Origin: Basidiobolus meristosporus CBS 931.73
Taxonomy: Eukaryota; Fungi; Basidiobolomycota
DNA: 64,000 nt
Assembly: GCA_002104905.1 (NCBI GenBank)
Contig: MCFE01000321.1
Location: 1-64,000 of the forward strand
Direction: 5' to 3'
The notes beneath the pieces are model-generated. The model searched no databases. It had not been told where the DNA came from and saw only the letters and a program-made list of their open reading frames with translations. Made by a program: the position numbers and the translations under genes. Of this stretch, positions 10,938 to 24,359 are shown one piece after another (the stretch's first letter is position 1; each line of letters starts with the position of its first letter).

Positions 10938-13830
10938 GTGACTGATCAATGGTCAAGTATAACTTCTGTGGCAAAATGCATCTCTACAGAGCTGCAAGCT
11001 TACCATGCTGCTGAGGCAGATGAGAATGTTGCAAAAGCAGTACCTTCAGTTGAAGACCAACAGGTGGCTGTCATAAGATCACCACCACACAAGTTAGTAA
11101 GTTTGTTGTCATCTCTTACTAATGCATCTATGCGGCAACTAGGTGCAGTGGCTGAGAGGACAGATGCAATGGCCCACAGAAATTAGGAAATAGTCCAGAA
11201 ATAGGATGAGCAGATAATACCTGTAGAGCAATCAATATCTCAGGTAGAGAAAGCAGTATCTTTACTTCAAAGAAGGAACTCAAGTAGCACCATGTCACTG
11301 ACAAGAATTGAGCAATTTCCCAATTTAATAGCAAAGGAACACTGTACAGTCTTTGGTGCACAGCAACATTCCCCAAAGATAAAGCCCACAGAAAAATCTA
11401 TAAGAGCATAGGAGGGAGAAACTGTGATGTTTGTAGCAGAGCCTAAAAATCAACAACATTGAAGGTCCATTAGGCAATGGAGTGCAATGAAGAAGAGTGA
11501 GTTAATATTTAAGAGGCTGTTAGAAGTCTAGCATACCAACATTTCAAGGCTGGAATACCATGGGGCCATCAGGAGCTCAAGGCCAGGCAGAGTTTGCTTC
11601 ACTTGTTCCATGAACATTACCCCAAGCTCCAACAAGCAAGCCAAATTTGGATCAGCTTTGGTATGCTGAGATATCTCAAGAGCCCTTTACAAGTAGGGCT
11701 AGAAGCTCCATACAAGCATCAACAAGACATAAGGTAGCTAGAAGTGTGCCAATAAGGGACAAGTAGGCAGACATAGAGGCATCAGCACAACAATTATCAA
11801 GGAAAAAGCTTAGTTCTATACCAAGAAGCACTCAGTCAAAGTAGCAGTGAACAACCTAACTGTGATGAAAACAAGCAGCTGCATCAGGATCCTATAACAG
11901 CATAAACTGAGAGCTTAAGCCAAGCGGGAGACAAGCATCATATAGCCTGTAGAGTGCCAGCAAGAAACTATCAAGCCAAAACAGATGCATTAGAGCAGCA
12001 TTTATTACTATTAGCAGTGAAAGGACTTGCAATGATGAATGAAAAGGTAAAGGGAAAAAAGTCTACCCAAGTGAGAGTCAGGGAAGCATAAGAATAAAGC
12101 TATAGTGCTTGCAAATTTATGCCTTAAGCCCACAACAGGCTGAATTTCATCATAACTTAGTATAATTAGCACTAAGACAAAATTTGTATTCTCAAGAGTT
12201 GGAAGTCTGTTAGAAGTCTAGCACACCAACATTTTAAGGCTGGAATACCATGGGGTCATTCAGGAACTCAATGCCAAGCAGAACTTGCTCAACTTGTTCA
12301 ATGAGCATTACCCCAAGCTCAAACAAGCAAACAAATCTTGGCCAGCTTTGGTAGGCTGAGAAAGTGTCAGAGGAATAGCTACAACTATCAGAGGCAGAAG
12401 AACCATATCACCATGGCTAAAAACCAGCAGCTTCCTCAATGGCTTATTATAAGCAGGGCTGAATGCTCCAAATAAGCAGCAAGGAAACATCAGGTAGCCA
12501 GATGAGTGCCAGTAAGAGACATGCAGGCAGAAAAAGATGCATTAGCACAGCATTCATTAAGGAGAAAACATTGTTTAATACAAGAAGCATGAAGTAACAG
12601 TGTAGTGAAGAACTTGGCAGTGATAAATACCTCTGGCTTTCTGAGGAGCCTGTCACAATACAGGCCGATAATTCCAAGCAAGCAGCTAACAAACATCAGG
12701 TTGCTGGGAGAGTTCTGGCAAGGGAAAAGTAGGCAAAAATAGATGAGCCAGAACAGCATTCATTGAGGATAAATCAGAGTACCATTCAAGCAGCACTCTG
12801 CAGATACAGTAGCAAAGAACTTAGCAGCCATAAAGATAAAGGTGAGGAGAAAAAGGTCCACCTAAGCCCAAGACAGGAAGGCATTAGAAAAAGATGAGGT
12901 TCTCACCAACTAATCCTGTCAGCCAGGAACAGGCTAAATCCCATTGTAGCTAAGATGAATTATGAACAAAAAGACAGCTGTTTTCTTAAGAGTTGGAAGT
13001 GCAGCCAGTTGAGTTACACTCCAGTGAGGTAGATGAGCTTGCAGAGATAACCAACCAGTCAACCACTGCCTCCATGTTCTCCATTGATGTCAGAGTGGAG
13101 ACACCACTGCCCAACAAAGCAACAACATCAACAACTCAATAGGTTATTGCACTACCTTCCATTGAAATTTGGAACATTAACAGGCTCATTGAGAGGTTGC
13201 AGCACTTCTTCTTGAGGCGTGCTCAAGAAAATGGACTTGAATATTGCAAGGATTTATTGCAAAGATTGGCAGATGAGGTGCTAGACCTTGCAGTGCTGGC
13301 TGAAGACCAGGACATGTGGGAACCAGCAAATTTACAGTGGCATAAAGCCATAGGGCTTGCATTAAAGTCATGGAAAAAAAGAATTACTGCAGTATTACTA
13401 ATCAAGCGGTGGATTTCAATGGAGTTACTTGCCAAGTGTGTGGTTGGGCTTAACGTTGGTGTAGTGTACATGAATTTGTATAGGTCAATACAATTAGCAA
13501 TTGAGGTGCACCTGAAGTTTCAGCAAAAATAAATCAATTTGTAAGCATGAAAAGTAAGAAGTGTGAAAAACAGATACACAAGTTTAGGAGGTGATAGAGT
13601 GTCTGGGATCAAAAAGTGAGAAAATTGGCAATGAACCACTTAAAAGCCACTGTTGTATTGTTGTGATGAAGAATTTAGACCAAGTTTTTTGTGAAAACTG
13701 GGGTGCTATTATTTTTTGACAGTGTTTGCATGGTGTCCTGATGTGGTCAGTACCTCTTAGTGATGGCACTTAAGTTTGCAATGGCTTTTTGATGGGTTCA
13801 TCACAATAGTTTTTCATAGAGTATTCATTG
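10938..13830 (+). pseudogene. Unknown ORF-A arm of copy A, with internal duplication
   Basis: Homologous to 1-1705 and 28380-29610. Plus-frame segments stay open for 80-110 codons. About 11520-11800 is duplicated at about 12205-12560. The coding strand of the last ~800 bp is less certain. Confidence 0.65.
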
Positions 13831-13899
13831 AAGCTATTAGAAGTAGTATGACATTTATGGATGGCAAGACAAGATATACATAGATGTAGCTCCTAAAAT

Positions 13900-16560
13900 G
13901 AAAGGACATTTAACACAAAATCTTCAGCAACATGGAAAATACACACTGGGTATAACTTAACATGTAAAAAGATGACAACAGCATAGAGAACTGTCTTACA
14001 CAGTTTGCCAAATCATGCTCAATAGTGGGCATGCTCAACCAATGGTTTTCCACCAACTTCAAAGCAAACTGAACAAAGGCAATAGTCCCCATTGTGAGCA
14101 AGACAGGTTAAGCCCATTGGAGTCGGAGTGGATGAAGTGATAAATTGATCATATATTGGAGCAAGGATACATCAGGCCAAGCAAATCACCTAGGAGAGCA
14201 CCAGTGCTCTGTGTGAAAAAGAAGGATGGACAACTTCAAATATGCTTATACTACAGAGTCCTTATCTCTGACACCATGAAGAGTAAGTAACCCCTACCAA
14301 GAATTGATGAACTTTTGGACCAACTTAATGGAGCCATCATTTTAAGCAATATTGACCTCTGATCAGGATAAAATCAGATAAGGTTGAAGTCAGAAGATAT
14401 CCCAAGAAGAGTATTTGGGACAAGATATTGATATATTAAGCACTCAGTAATGTGCTTTGGCCTCACCAATTCCCCTGCAAAACTCATGGCCTTGATGCAA
14501 ATCATCTTTCAGGAGTACTTAGATAAGTTTGTGGTTATCCACCTAGACAACAGATTGATATAAAGCAAGACAGAAGAGGACCACTTGTGGCACATTGAAA
14601 AGGTCTTCAAGAACCTAAGAGAGAAGAAGCTATATGGTAAGCTAGCAAAGTGTGAGCTCTTCAAAGAGCATATCAAGTAGCTGAGATAAATAGTGATTAG
14701 CATAGGAGAGGCATTAGACCCCTATAAGGTGGAAGTTATGAGGAATTTGAAGCAGTGTCATTGCATCTCAGAGCTCAGATCATTACTTGCAATGGTTTCC
14801 TATTATTTGAGGTTTGTCCAGTACTTTGCAAGTATTGCAGCCCCTTTGACTGATATCCACAAGAATGTCAACAGCTTGCAGTGGGGCATAGTCTGTGAGA
14901 CTGCCTTTTGGATGCTCAAGATTGAGCTTGTTATGCTGCCAAGCTTAAGAATACTTGACTTCAGAAAGGTGCTTACTCTGTGACAGATGCTTCAGACTAT
15001 GCAATGGGTAGAGTACTGAGCCACAAACATGATGGAAAGGAGTACTCAGCTGCTTCTTATTCCAAGAAGCTGAACTCAGTCAGACAAAGCTATCCAGTGC
15101 ATAAAGGGCAATGTTTGCTGCAATGCATTGCTTGAAGACATGGAGATGCCACATTGAAGGAATCAAGTGCAATGTGAAGATTGAACATGCCTCTCTCAAA
15201 TGTATAAATACTCAGAAGGCTTTATTCAGAAAAATGACAAGGAGTAGTGGGTAAATTCAGCTACTCAACCTGGAGATATTCTACTACCCTGAGAAAAATA
15301 CATGGTTGCTGACACCTTATCATGACTAGAGCAAGTTGCACTATTCAACCTGGTGCATGAATTAGATTGGCCCAGATTATTAGCAAAGTACTTGGAGGAC
15401 CATGTCATTCCAAATGAGGTGGAAGATAGTATCAAGATGATCACTTGGGATGAAGCCAGCAAACCTGTAATAAAGGATATGTCTATGCCTAATTATTGAT
15501 GGAAGCACTATTGCCTACTGCCCCTATGTTGCTTGCCTGCACTCAACACACAAGCCACACAATGGATGTGAACATTGTAGAATTGAAGGATCCTATAGCC
15601 TTGTAAAAGATAGATTATGGTGATCCCTAATGAAACAAGATATTGAGAAGCTAGCAAAAATATGCCCAAGGTGCCAAATCAGCCAAGGCCAAATACAGTG
15701 AATTGCGGACCTCTTGTACTTAGAGCCTGTAAGACCATTTGAGAGATGGGAAATAGACTTTATTAGAAGACTGCCCATTTCTAGGGAATGCAATTGGGGG
15801 ATTCTAGTAGCAATTGCCCATGAACCAAATGGCCAATAGCTAGAGATCTACCAGTAAGCAGTGAACAAGAAGTTGCAAGTTTCATCTTCCATGCAATCCT
15901 GTAGAAGTGTGGATACTGTGTGAGCATTTTATTTGATAGAGGAGCAAACTTTATGCACAGACATTGGAAGCCTACCTGGAAATGTAGTAGAATAAGCATT
16001 TGAAACTTTGGGGTATCATCCTAAAACTAATACAGTCGCTGAGTGGCTCAATGCACTATTTGAAAAAATGCTAACCAAGTATGGAGGTGCTGTAAGTAGA
16101 TTGGATAAGTATATTGACCAAATACTGCTTGCCTGCAGTATTATGGTGCACAATATTACCCAACAAATGTCACTTTACTTAGTGTACAAATCTGAACCCA
16201 GGAATCTAGGATATTTACACAGCCAAACTCACTGACAATGTAGAGGATAAACTCAGTCAGCCTAGTGGACCCCAATAATTGGAACAAAAAAGTTGGGAGG
16301 CACAGGCAAAAATCTCTAAAAGTGCCAAAATATGAAGCATAGATTTAACAAGACTGTATCACCAGAGGCTTTGACAATTGGCAACCTGGTATTGCTAAGA
16401 AGCAGCACTTGGAAGAGGCTTGAGCCACAATGCACAGTGCCATTTAAGATCAGCCAAGAATTTCCAATTGCAGCTTACCAGCTAGTAGAAAAACAAGGGA
16501 ATATCCAAGAAGATTAAGCTCATAGAGGCAGACTCCAGCCTTCAAGACTTACTGACAATG
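13900..16560 (+). mobile_element. Degenerate Ty3/Gypsy pol relic (RT-RNase H-integrase)
   Basis: GYIRPSKSP...APVLCVKKKDGQL (about 14160), DPYKVEVM...SYYLRFVQYFASIAAPLT, vTdASDYAMG and integrase-like GYHPKTN...EWLN, KRLEPQCTVPF. Many stops. LTRs not securely identified. Confidence 0.85.
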
Positions 16561-16959
16561 CTGTTTCATCAAGGTACTAGTATCACAAGAAAAGAGATTA
16601 AGGAGAACCCTGTCAGCTTTAATAGGTAAGAATGTGATCATCTGCCATTGGAATGTTTAAGTTAGGTCAGCTTGTACTTCAATCAATTAGTTGTATGTTT
16701 AGCCTATCAGTAAAACAGTATTATATATCAGATCAGTAATATCAGTCAGCAAATAAATGAGCACATCCTTATCAGACAGACATAGATATAATAAGTAAGA
16801 TCTAATTTGGTGATATTGGTGCAATTAAGTGAGTCATCAGCTACAGCCTACATTAGGAAATACAATTAGTCAGCAATTGATCAGGCATAATGTATACAAG
16901 AAGCTGCTGGAACTTCAATAAAGATCAGTTCAAGTATTAGTAAGTACAGTACTGGCTAA

Positions 16960-19603
16960 ACCCCCTATTCCTCTACAACTCTTAAATCAAGACTCATAAA
17001 ATTGACAAGAATTTATGGAATGTTGTGTCTAACCCAACCATGCTCAATTAACTGATAACCCAGGTATTGTAGCTGCTTTACTTCTTAATGCCAAAGGTGT
17101 AGGTGTTACAATGTGCACATCTATTCTTAACATTTTCTGGCTCTTCATGGCAGTACACTATGTGCTAGCCCATTGCATATTCTTGTTGAGATTAGGATAT
17201 GGTAGTACCTGTACCTTGACTTGTGTGCCTATCTTCCCACAAATTGGCTCCATAGGAAACTCTCAAGAGGGGAAGCAAAACCCAATACTCTCTGCACACC
17301 AAGCATGTAGGAGCAGAGAATGTACACAGTAGCAGCATATATATACTTGTTTGGCTTTATACTTGTAGTATAGTAGCACAAATCCTGTTGCAAAATCCAT
17401 GCATAAAAGCTCTAGATGTGTCAAGTTAGCATTGGTAATCCGCTTCTGGAAAAATTTTTTATAATGTCAATATATGACTCTCAGTGTTTGAAATGTACAC
17501 TTGGTAGAGATGGCCTCAAAAGGCCACTTGTATAAATATATATCCGGTTCATCCAGTCTGTGCATTTGTATGTTCCATATGCATATGAATATTGATTGGA
17601 GCCTGTGAGAAGTTCTTAGAGTAGCAGATATACTGTAATAACTTGCCAATTCTTTCAAATTTCTCTGGTATTTTGAAGGGCTCTATTAAGTTGAAATGTC
17701 CTATATACAACTTGGTCACTAGTATAGGGATGTTGTTGAAAAGCAAAAGCGTTGCTCCAAGTGAAAAGGTTTTGCTTCAACAGATACACTATAAGTTAGG
17801 TATCTATTGCCTCCAATCAACTCTACATTCTGGCCAATGGCTGAGAGCATGCCAACTCTGCTGCAATTGCATGCTGACTTCTGTACATTCTCTCTGTGGG
17901 AAGATGACATTCTTGGTGTTGGTGTTCAGACATAATAATATGTGGGAGTTATGACGTAAATCCCCTATATCTCATACATTTGATAGCAATACTGTCCATT
18001 ATGCCCAGAAAAGCCTACTATCTTGCTGATGGCTGGGGTATCTCCAATGCAGATAATGAAATGTGCTTTGACATGATGGCCATTTACTATTTCCCTCTGG
18101 AAAGCATAAAAAGCTTATTCAGCAACACATACATGTAGCTATCCAGGTTGACAGCAATTTGGGTCCAGATACCAGTGAGACTTCCCTCAGATTTCTGCTC
18201 TGATTCTGTAAGATAGGCAGCAGATTCAGGGTGACAAGAATCAGTGGCCAGCAAGATTTGCTGGTAGAGTACTTGTTTAATGAGAATCCATCAAGTGCCA
18301 AAGCAAAGGCATAGTCAAACATACCATTAGAGTAGCCCTTACTTCATGGCTGTTTGTAATGCTTGCCATCAAATATATTGGACATGTTTGCACTTGATTG
18401 ATACTGAGTGTGGTGCTTTATAGCTTCATGATATTTGGTGTTCTGTATGAGCTTCTTTAATCAAAGTATTGCTGGAATATATCCAAAGCATGATTTATAT
18501 TTTCCTCCTATGGTAGTGGATTCCTGACAAGCTGAACACCTTGCAATGGTGGCATTTGCAGATCTGAGTGTCATGCAACTAATATCACATGCTGGTACCA
18601 GGACAATCTCTGGGCCAAGTTTTGCCAGCTGTATGATAGTTGTCCATCAGCACCATGTGCATGGATAGTTGCATCCTAAAATGACTTTGGCAAGAAGCAG
18701 TAGTGAGTCCTCAGAGACCCTATTACTGATATTTGTGGTAACATGCCACTTACCTAGCCACAACATCATATTATTCATATGCAGATGAGTTGCTAGGTTC
18801 ACTTGACTCCATGAAGTATCCTTGGCATTCTTTTCCATAGGTGTTGTTGTATTGAACATTGGGATTTTGGTGGACTCATGTAGTGTACTATTGTTAGAGG
18901 AGATAGGCTCACAATCCATCAGTAAGCCTTTTACTTTACAGTTATCACTCCATGGCCATATTCAAAAGGCTGAGGTGAGCCACAAGGCATTACATATTCA
19001 CCTAACTCAGTTTACACAGGGTGACAGATACAGCCTGGTACCTGTTGCAATTTAAGAAGTGATTTGGATATAAGGAACTTATCAAGAAATAGTGATAATA
19101 GTTGAACTGTTGTTGATTAATAAAGACGCTCAGTATTTATATCTTTGTAGAGGTAATACAGCTGTAACACTAAGTTAGGAGGGTTTCTCAATATTCAGGA
19201 GCATTCTGAAACAGTTTCAGGGTTAGTACATAATAGCTAGTAGAAGTGCTAATTTGATCCTGACTATAGGGGAATATTCATAAGATCATGGATCTGAAGA
19301 AAGTGGCAAAGTTAGAGCTGTAAATTAGGCCCACAGTGACCAAGACTAGTTCAGAATTGTTAAGTAAATTTTTAGCTGCAGAATGATACCAAACAGTCCA
19401 ATATTTCAACAGTACCATTAGCAAAGTATCAAGCAGTCAGCAAGATAAGGTTGGTACAGTGGTAACTGATGCATAGTCAAGTAAGACTTGTGTGTCAAAA
19501 CACTGGCTGTTATCCCTGTAATACTTCCTATGTTGTCTGTGCACTTCATTGCTAAAGGGCTTGTTACAACAGCCACATGGTCCTTTTTTCTACTCTAAAG
19601 CAT
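16960..19603 (-). pseudogene. CACTA transposase relic, copy B (interrupted by a Copia-1 solo LTR)
   Basis: FDYAFALALDGFSLNKYSTSKSCWPLILVTLNL (18119-18322). Colinear with 4100-4342 plus 9039-10980. Left boundary approximate. Confidence 0.85.
19043..19411 (-). mobile_element. Solo LTR of Copia-1
   Basis: 369-bp copy of the 4348/8665 LTR, more diverged than those two are from each other, flanked by its own TSD GTACC (19038-19042 and 19412-19416). Confidence 0.95.
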
Positions 19604-20276
19604 TAGACTTGTTCCATTGAATAGTGCCACATTGAGCCATATGTGGCAAATGCTGCCATGGTGTGCCAGAGAGGCCAAGTGAACCTATACTTGGCCACAG
19701 AGTGTGAAACATAGCTCTGCATCTTCATGCAAAGCATCCCTTGTGTTTCATCTATGACTCAGGAGAAATTTCATTTTTTGACAATTTTTTTGTGGATCAA
19801 TGTTGTGCAGGATGTGTAAGAGCACAGAAGAGCTGAAGACATACATAAGGTACTCAATACCCATGGCACTTAGAATCTAGCTCCTGTGGCTTGTAACATG
19901 TTAGAAAAATGCATGGCACTATCTTGGTTCACTGGTACTATCTAGCACTGTAAGTGCTTTGTATAGAACTTACTTTGGGCTAATAATCAAATACAGTGCC
20001 AGATAGTACCAGTTGACCAAGATAGTTCCATGCATTTTTGTGACATGTTACAAGCCACAGGAGCTAGATTCAGAGTGCCATGGGTATTGAGTACCAAATC
20101 AATATCTTCAATGCTTTTGTGCTTGTACACATCCTGCACAACATTGGCCTAAAAAAAAAGGTCAAAAATGGATTTTCTCCAACACAATGGGTGAAACACA
20201 GGGGCAGCTTTGCATGAAGATGCAGAGCTATGTCTCACACTCTGTGGCTAAATTTAGGTTCACTTGGCCTCCCTGG

Positions 20277-20654
20277 TGTGAGTACCAAATGCAGTACCCA
20301 CTCTTTGCCCAAGAGTTCTTCCCAGAGTCCTACCCAAAGTCCCCCAGTATCCTCCCAATGATTCCCCCATATGCCCTCCCTCCTATCCCTGACCTTATCT
20401 AGTTAGAACACTTACCATAACAGGAAGGTGATCACTCCCCTATTTTATAACACATTGTCTATTATCCAAGCCCCCCCCAAGTGATATATATATCTACCCA
20501 ATTGAACCAAGTGAGAGGACAAGAGGATTTGGATGGAATAAACACAAGTCTTTATTACCTTGCTACCTTCTATTGGAAGCTATTCTGAACCAAGTGGTAC
20601 TGACTTGACCTAAAAGCTCTCCCACACACCAAGTACAGTCAGTAATAACCCGCA
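20277..20654 (+). repeat. 5' LTR of the Gypsy element
   Basis: Direct repeat of 27517-27893, roughly 90% identical by eye. Confidence 0.92.
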
Positions 20655-20671
20655 TATTTGTTGTTGTCTCT

Positions 20672-21470
20672 GTGGAAATAAGCACAAGTGAGGTAATGAC
20701 TACTACAATTAAACTAAAAACATACAAGGGAAAGAGAGAGAAAGCACTTGAGTGGTTTGATAAGTCTGAGAGAGTTGCGGTTGATGCAGGATGGGATAAC
20801 AATAGGAAAGTAAGGGAGTTTGCAAGACATATGGAAGGGCCAGTATGGCAATGGCATTATGAGTTGGAAAATGCAGTTAAAGACAACTGGGATGCACTAG
20901 AAGAAGCCTACAAGACATGCTTTCTATATGCCAAAGGATACCACTACAAAGCCCTTCTACTGTCCTCACAGAGGAAAAGCAGTGAGAGCTATGAAGCTTA
21001 CACTGAACTGTTTCTCCTACAAGTTCAATGTCTCCCAAAAGACAAAATTGTGAAACAACAGCTCATGAGGTATCACATCATGGGCTTAGATGACAAATAA
21101 GATGTAGGGCATCCAAAGAACAATAGGGATGTAAAACATTGCAAGAGTTGGTCAAATGAGTATGAGGGGTCATCTTGCTGTCAGTGCTACCCTATAGTGA
21201 TACAAATGATTGAAGGACAGGGATCCCCTGTAAGAAAGGAAAATTTGCCTCCCCAAAAGACTGTGAGTTAGAGGAATTACGGCAAAAGGTCCAAGAACTC
21301 TTGATTAACAATGTCCAAGAAGTCACAAAAGAAGGTGATAAACTCTGGGAAGCTGTTGTAGATTTAAAGGCCCAGGTACAAGCCCTGACCCAACAGATGG
21401 AACAACCCTAAAACAGCACCTGTGTTATATATGTGGAGAAGTAGGCCACCAAGCCCACAAATGTGAAAAA
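20672..21470 (+). pseudogene. Gypsy gag relic
   Basis: Retrotransposon gag-like WFDKSERVAVDAGWD...GPVWQWHY. Zinc knuckle CYICGEVGHQAHKC at 21423-21464. Internal stop at 21100. Confidence 0.8.
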
Positions 21471-24359
21471 TGGTACAGACAAGAACCCATACCAGACACA
21501 AAAGAAAAGAAGGCATCAAAAGTCAGAGTCCCTTGCCAGGAGGCCAACAGGGCTCAGTCATTTAAGCCCTCCATCTGAACAGTCAAAGTACGTAAGAAGA
21601 AGCATTAACATGATGCTTCTTGAGAGGAGGCAAAGGAACCTGTAGTAGAGTTTCTGCCAAAAGGAAAGAACGCGGAATTAGGTGAAGAGGTACAGAATGG
21701 GCCTTTGGGAAGAAGTGTTGAAACAAACAAAGAACATTAGTATGTCTTTCCACAGCCAATTCCCCATAATGAAGGTACTAGATCAAACCAAGGCAACCCT
21801 CCCTATAACCAATTTACTAGGACTGGCCCTGGCTCTAGTCAAGGAACTGATAGAGGGATTGAAGGAGATAATGACCCTTCATGTTAACCAGACGGTCCCA
21901 CAAAAACCAAATAAAGGTACATACGTAAAGGTACATATAGAGAATAAGGAGATTGCTGCCCTTATGAACACAGGATCCTCAACATTGATAATGTCAGAAT
22001 CATTAGCAAAATGTCTAAAGTTAGATATAGTCCCCAACAGCATTATTTGGGTATGGCTAGCAAATGACCAACTGGACACAACATTAGGAGTTGTGCCTAA
22101 CTGGCCCATCCAGCTAGGCAACTTGATTATACATCAAGATGTTATGGTTGTACCTGTTGCAGCCAATGACTGACTCATTGATGAGAGTTATCCAACATAA
22201 GATGGATATACTTTACAGTGCATCTGAACTCAGGTGGGATACCAAGAGTATCCCACTGATTCATATCATCAATGAGAGCAAGGAGCGTAGCAACAGTGTG
22301 AAAATTGAAGAGGTAAAACCGTTGCAGTCTCCAATCATCACACAAAAGGTGTTAAAAATACCACCCACCAGTAAGACTGTGCTCTCCTTAGAGACACCAA
22401 TAGCTTATTTGATGAGCAGAAGAATGATAACTGCAGCAAAGGCATTGAAGCAACTGGAAGGAATCTCAATCCCTAAAGTATGGATACTGCCAAAATTTGA
22501 AATGCAAAGTCTGAAGTGCTTAGTAGTTAACAATGGGCAACACATGGTGACATTGCCTAGAGGAGTGCCATTGTTAAACCTAGAGGAAGTCAACAGAAAC
22601 AACCAAGGACCACCTACAAACAAGGAACCAGAAGAAGAACTCCCCAAACTAGATGTGGACCCTGGTCTACTGCCTGCATTACAAGGCAAGTTTCTAGAAG
22701 GAATATGCCTGCTTACCCTAGTATTCTCTAAGAACCAAGTAATTGGTCATATACCTGGGGTATATCACCAAATCCACCTTGCCAACAAATACCCAATCAA
22801 GCAAAAAGCCTATAGGAACTCAAAAACTGACACATACTTTATGAAAGACATAATTGAAACTTTATTAAAAGACAACATCAATACAGAGAGCCAGTTGCTG
22901 TGGGCCTCCCCTGTAGTGATAGTCCCAAAGAAAGATGGGAAGCAATGCTTTTGCATTGACTATCAAAGACTGAACACTGTCACCTGGAAGGACGTGTATC
23001 CGCTACCTCAAAGAGACAACCTCTTGGACAGATTAATTGGAGCTAAACATTTTAGCTCTCTTGACTTAAACTCCGGGTATTGGCAAGTAGAAGTAGCCCC
23101 AGATGATTAGCCCAAAACCACTTTTATAACATTGTTTGGATTATACAAAGGGAACCAACTACCCTTTGGCTTGTGCAATGCTCCCACTACATTCCAAAGG
23201 ATGATTGACAAGGTGCTAGGAAAACAATGATGGGAATGTGCTCTTGTGTATCTGGACAGCATCACAATATATTCCCCCAATGTAGAAGAACATATACATA
23301 ATGTGCAATGTATCCTGAAAGCCCTCCTCAAAAACCAACTCAAACTACATCCCAAGAAGTGCCATTTCCTGTATACAAAATTGCTGTTCCTGGGCCACAA
23401 GATCTAGGCAGATGGAATATACCCATCTACTTCACTCCTGAAAGCTGTTCAAGATAAACCCGCACCAAAGGATATTAATGCAGTATTGGGATTCTTAGGA
23501 TTAGCCAGCTACTATCACCACTTTGTCAAAAACTTTGCAACAATAGCAGCCTCCCTATACAAATTGATGCAAAAAGGCCAGTGTTTTGTGTGGTTGGAGC
23601 CTCTAAAGAGAGCATTCAATCAACTGAAACATTCCCTGATGTCACCTCCAGTGTTACGTTTTTCCAATTGGGATGCAAGATTTCTTATTAACTGTTATGG
23701 AAGTCTCACTGGTACAGGCACTGTACTGGGACAATACCAGCAACCTGGCAAATTCCACCCAATTGGTTACATGAGCCATTTGCTAAGCAAATACAAATAT
23801 CACAACCCCATTACCAAGACAGAATGCCTGGCTGTTGTTTATTCAATTAAACAATTCCATACACATATACACGGTTGCCATTTCACAATAGTAACAGACC
23901 ACAGTGCACTGGTCTGGCTGATGAAAATTAAAGACTTTACCAGTTGACTAGTACATTGGGCCCTCCAACTATAAGAATACAACTTCAAAATAATTTATTG
24001 CACTGGTAAGAAACACCAAGATGCAGACTTCCTCAGTTGCTATCCTGTTTGCCAAATACATGTCAACAATGACTACAAGGATGTAATCTGCCTTAAAAGA
24101 AGAGGGAAGTACCCCAAACATGTTGTTACAAACAAGCAGAAGAGAGACTTTTGAAAGAAATGGTGTCAGTACAAAGTACAAGAAAACCAATTATGGTTCA
24201 TTCAAGGACAGTTCAGGGTTGAGGTACCCTTGGTAACTGCCTGCAAGGAAGTCATACAAGAAAGACATATGTCATTAGGACATGCTAACCCCCTAACAAC
24301 ATCCAAGATGTTAAGAAAGATGTTTTATTGGAAAAAAAATGATGACCAACATTGTGAAT

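Noticed and set aside
10950-10980. GTCAAGT microhomology as the cause of the spacer deletion in copy A
   Set aside because: Homology to the first site continues ~20 bp past the motif, so the breakpoint does not map to it.
16611-16960. Possible 3' LTR of the 13.9-16.6 kb Gypsy relic (purine run, then TGTCAG…, AATAAA)
   Set aside because: No second copy or TSD in the window, so it cannot be delimited.
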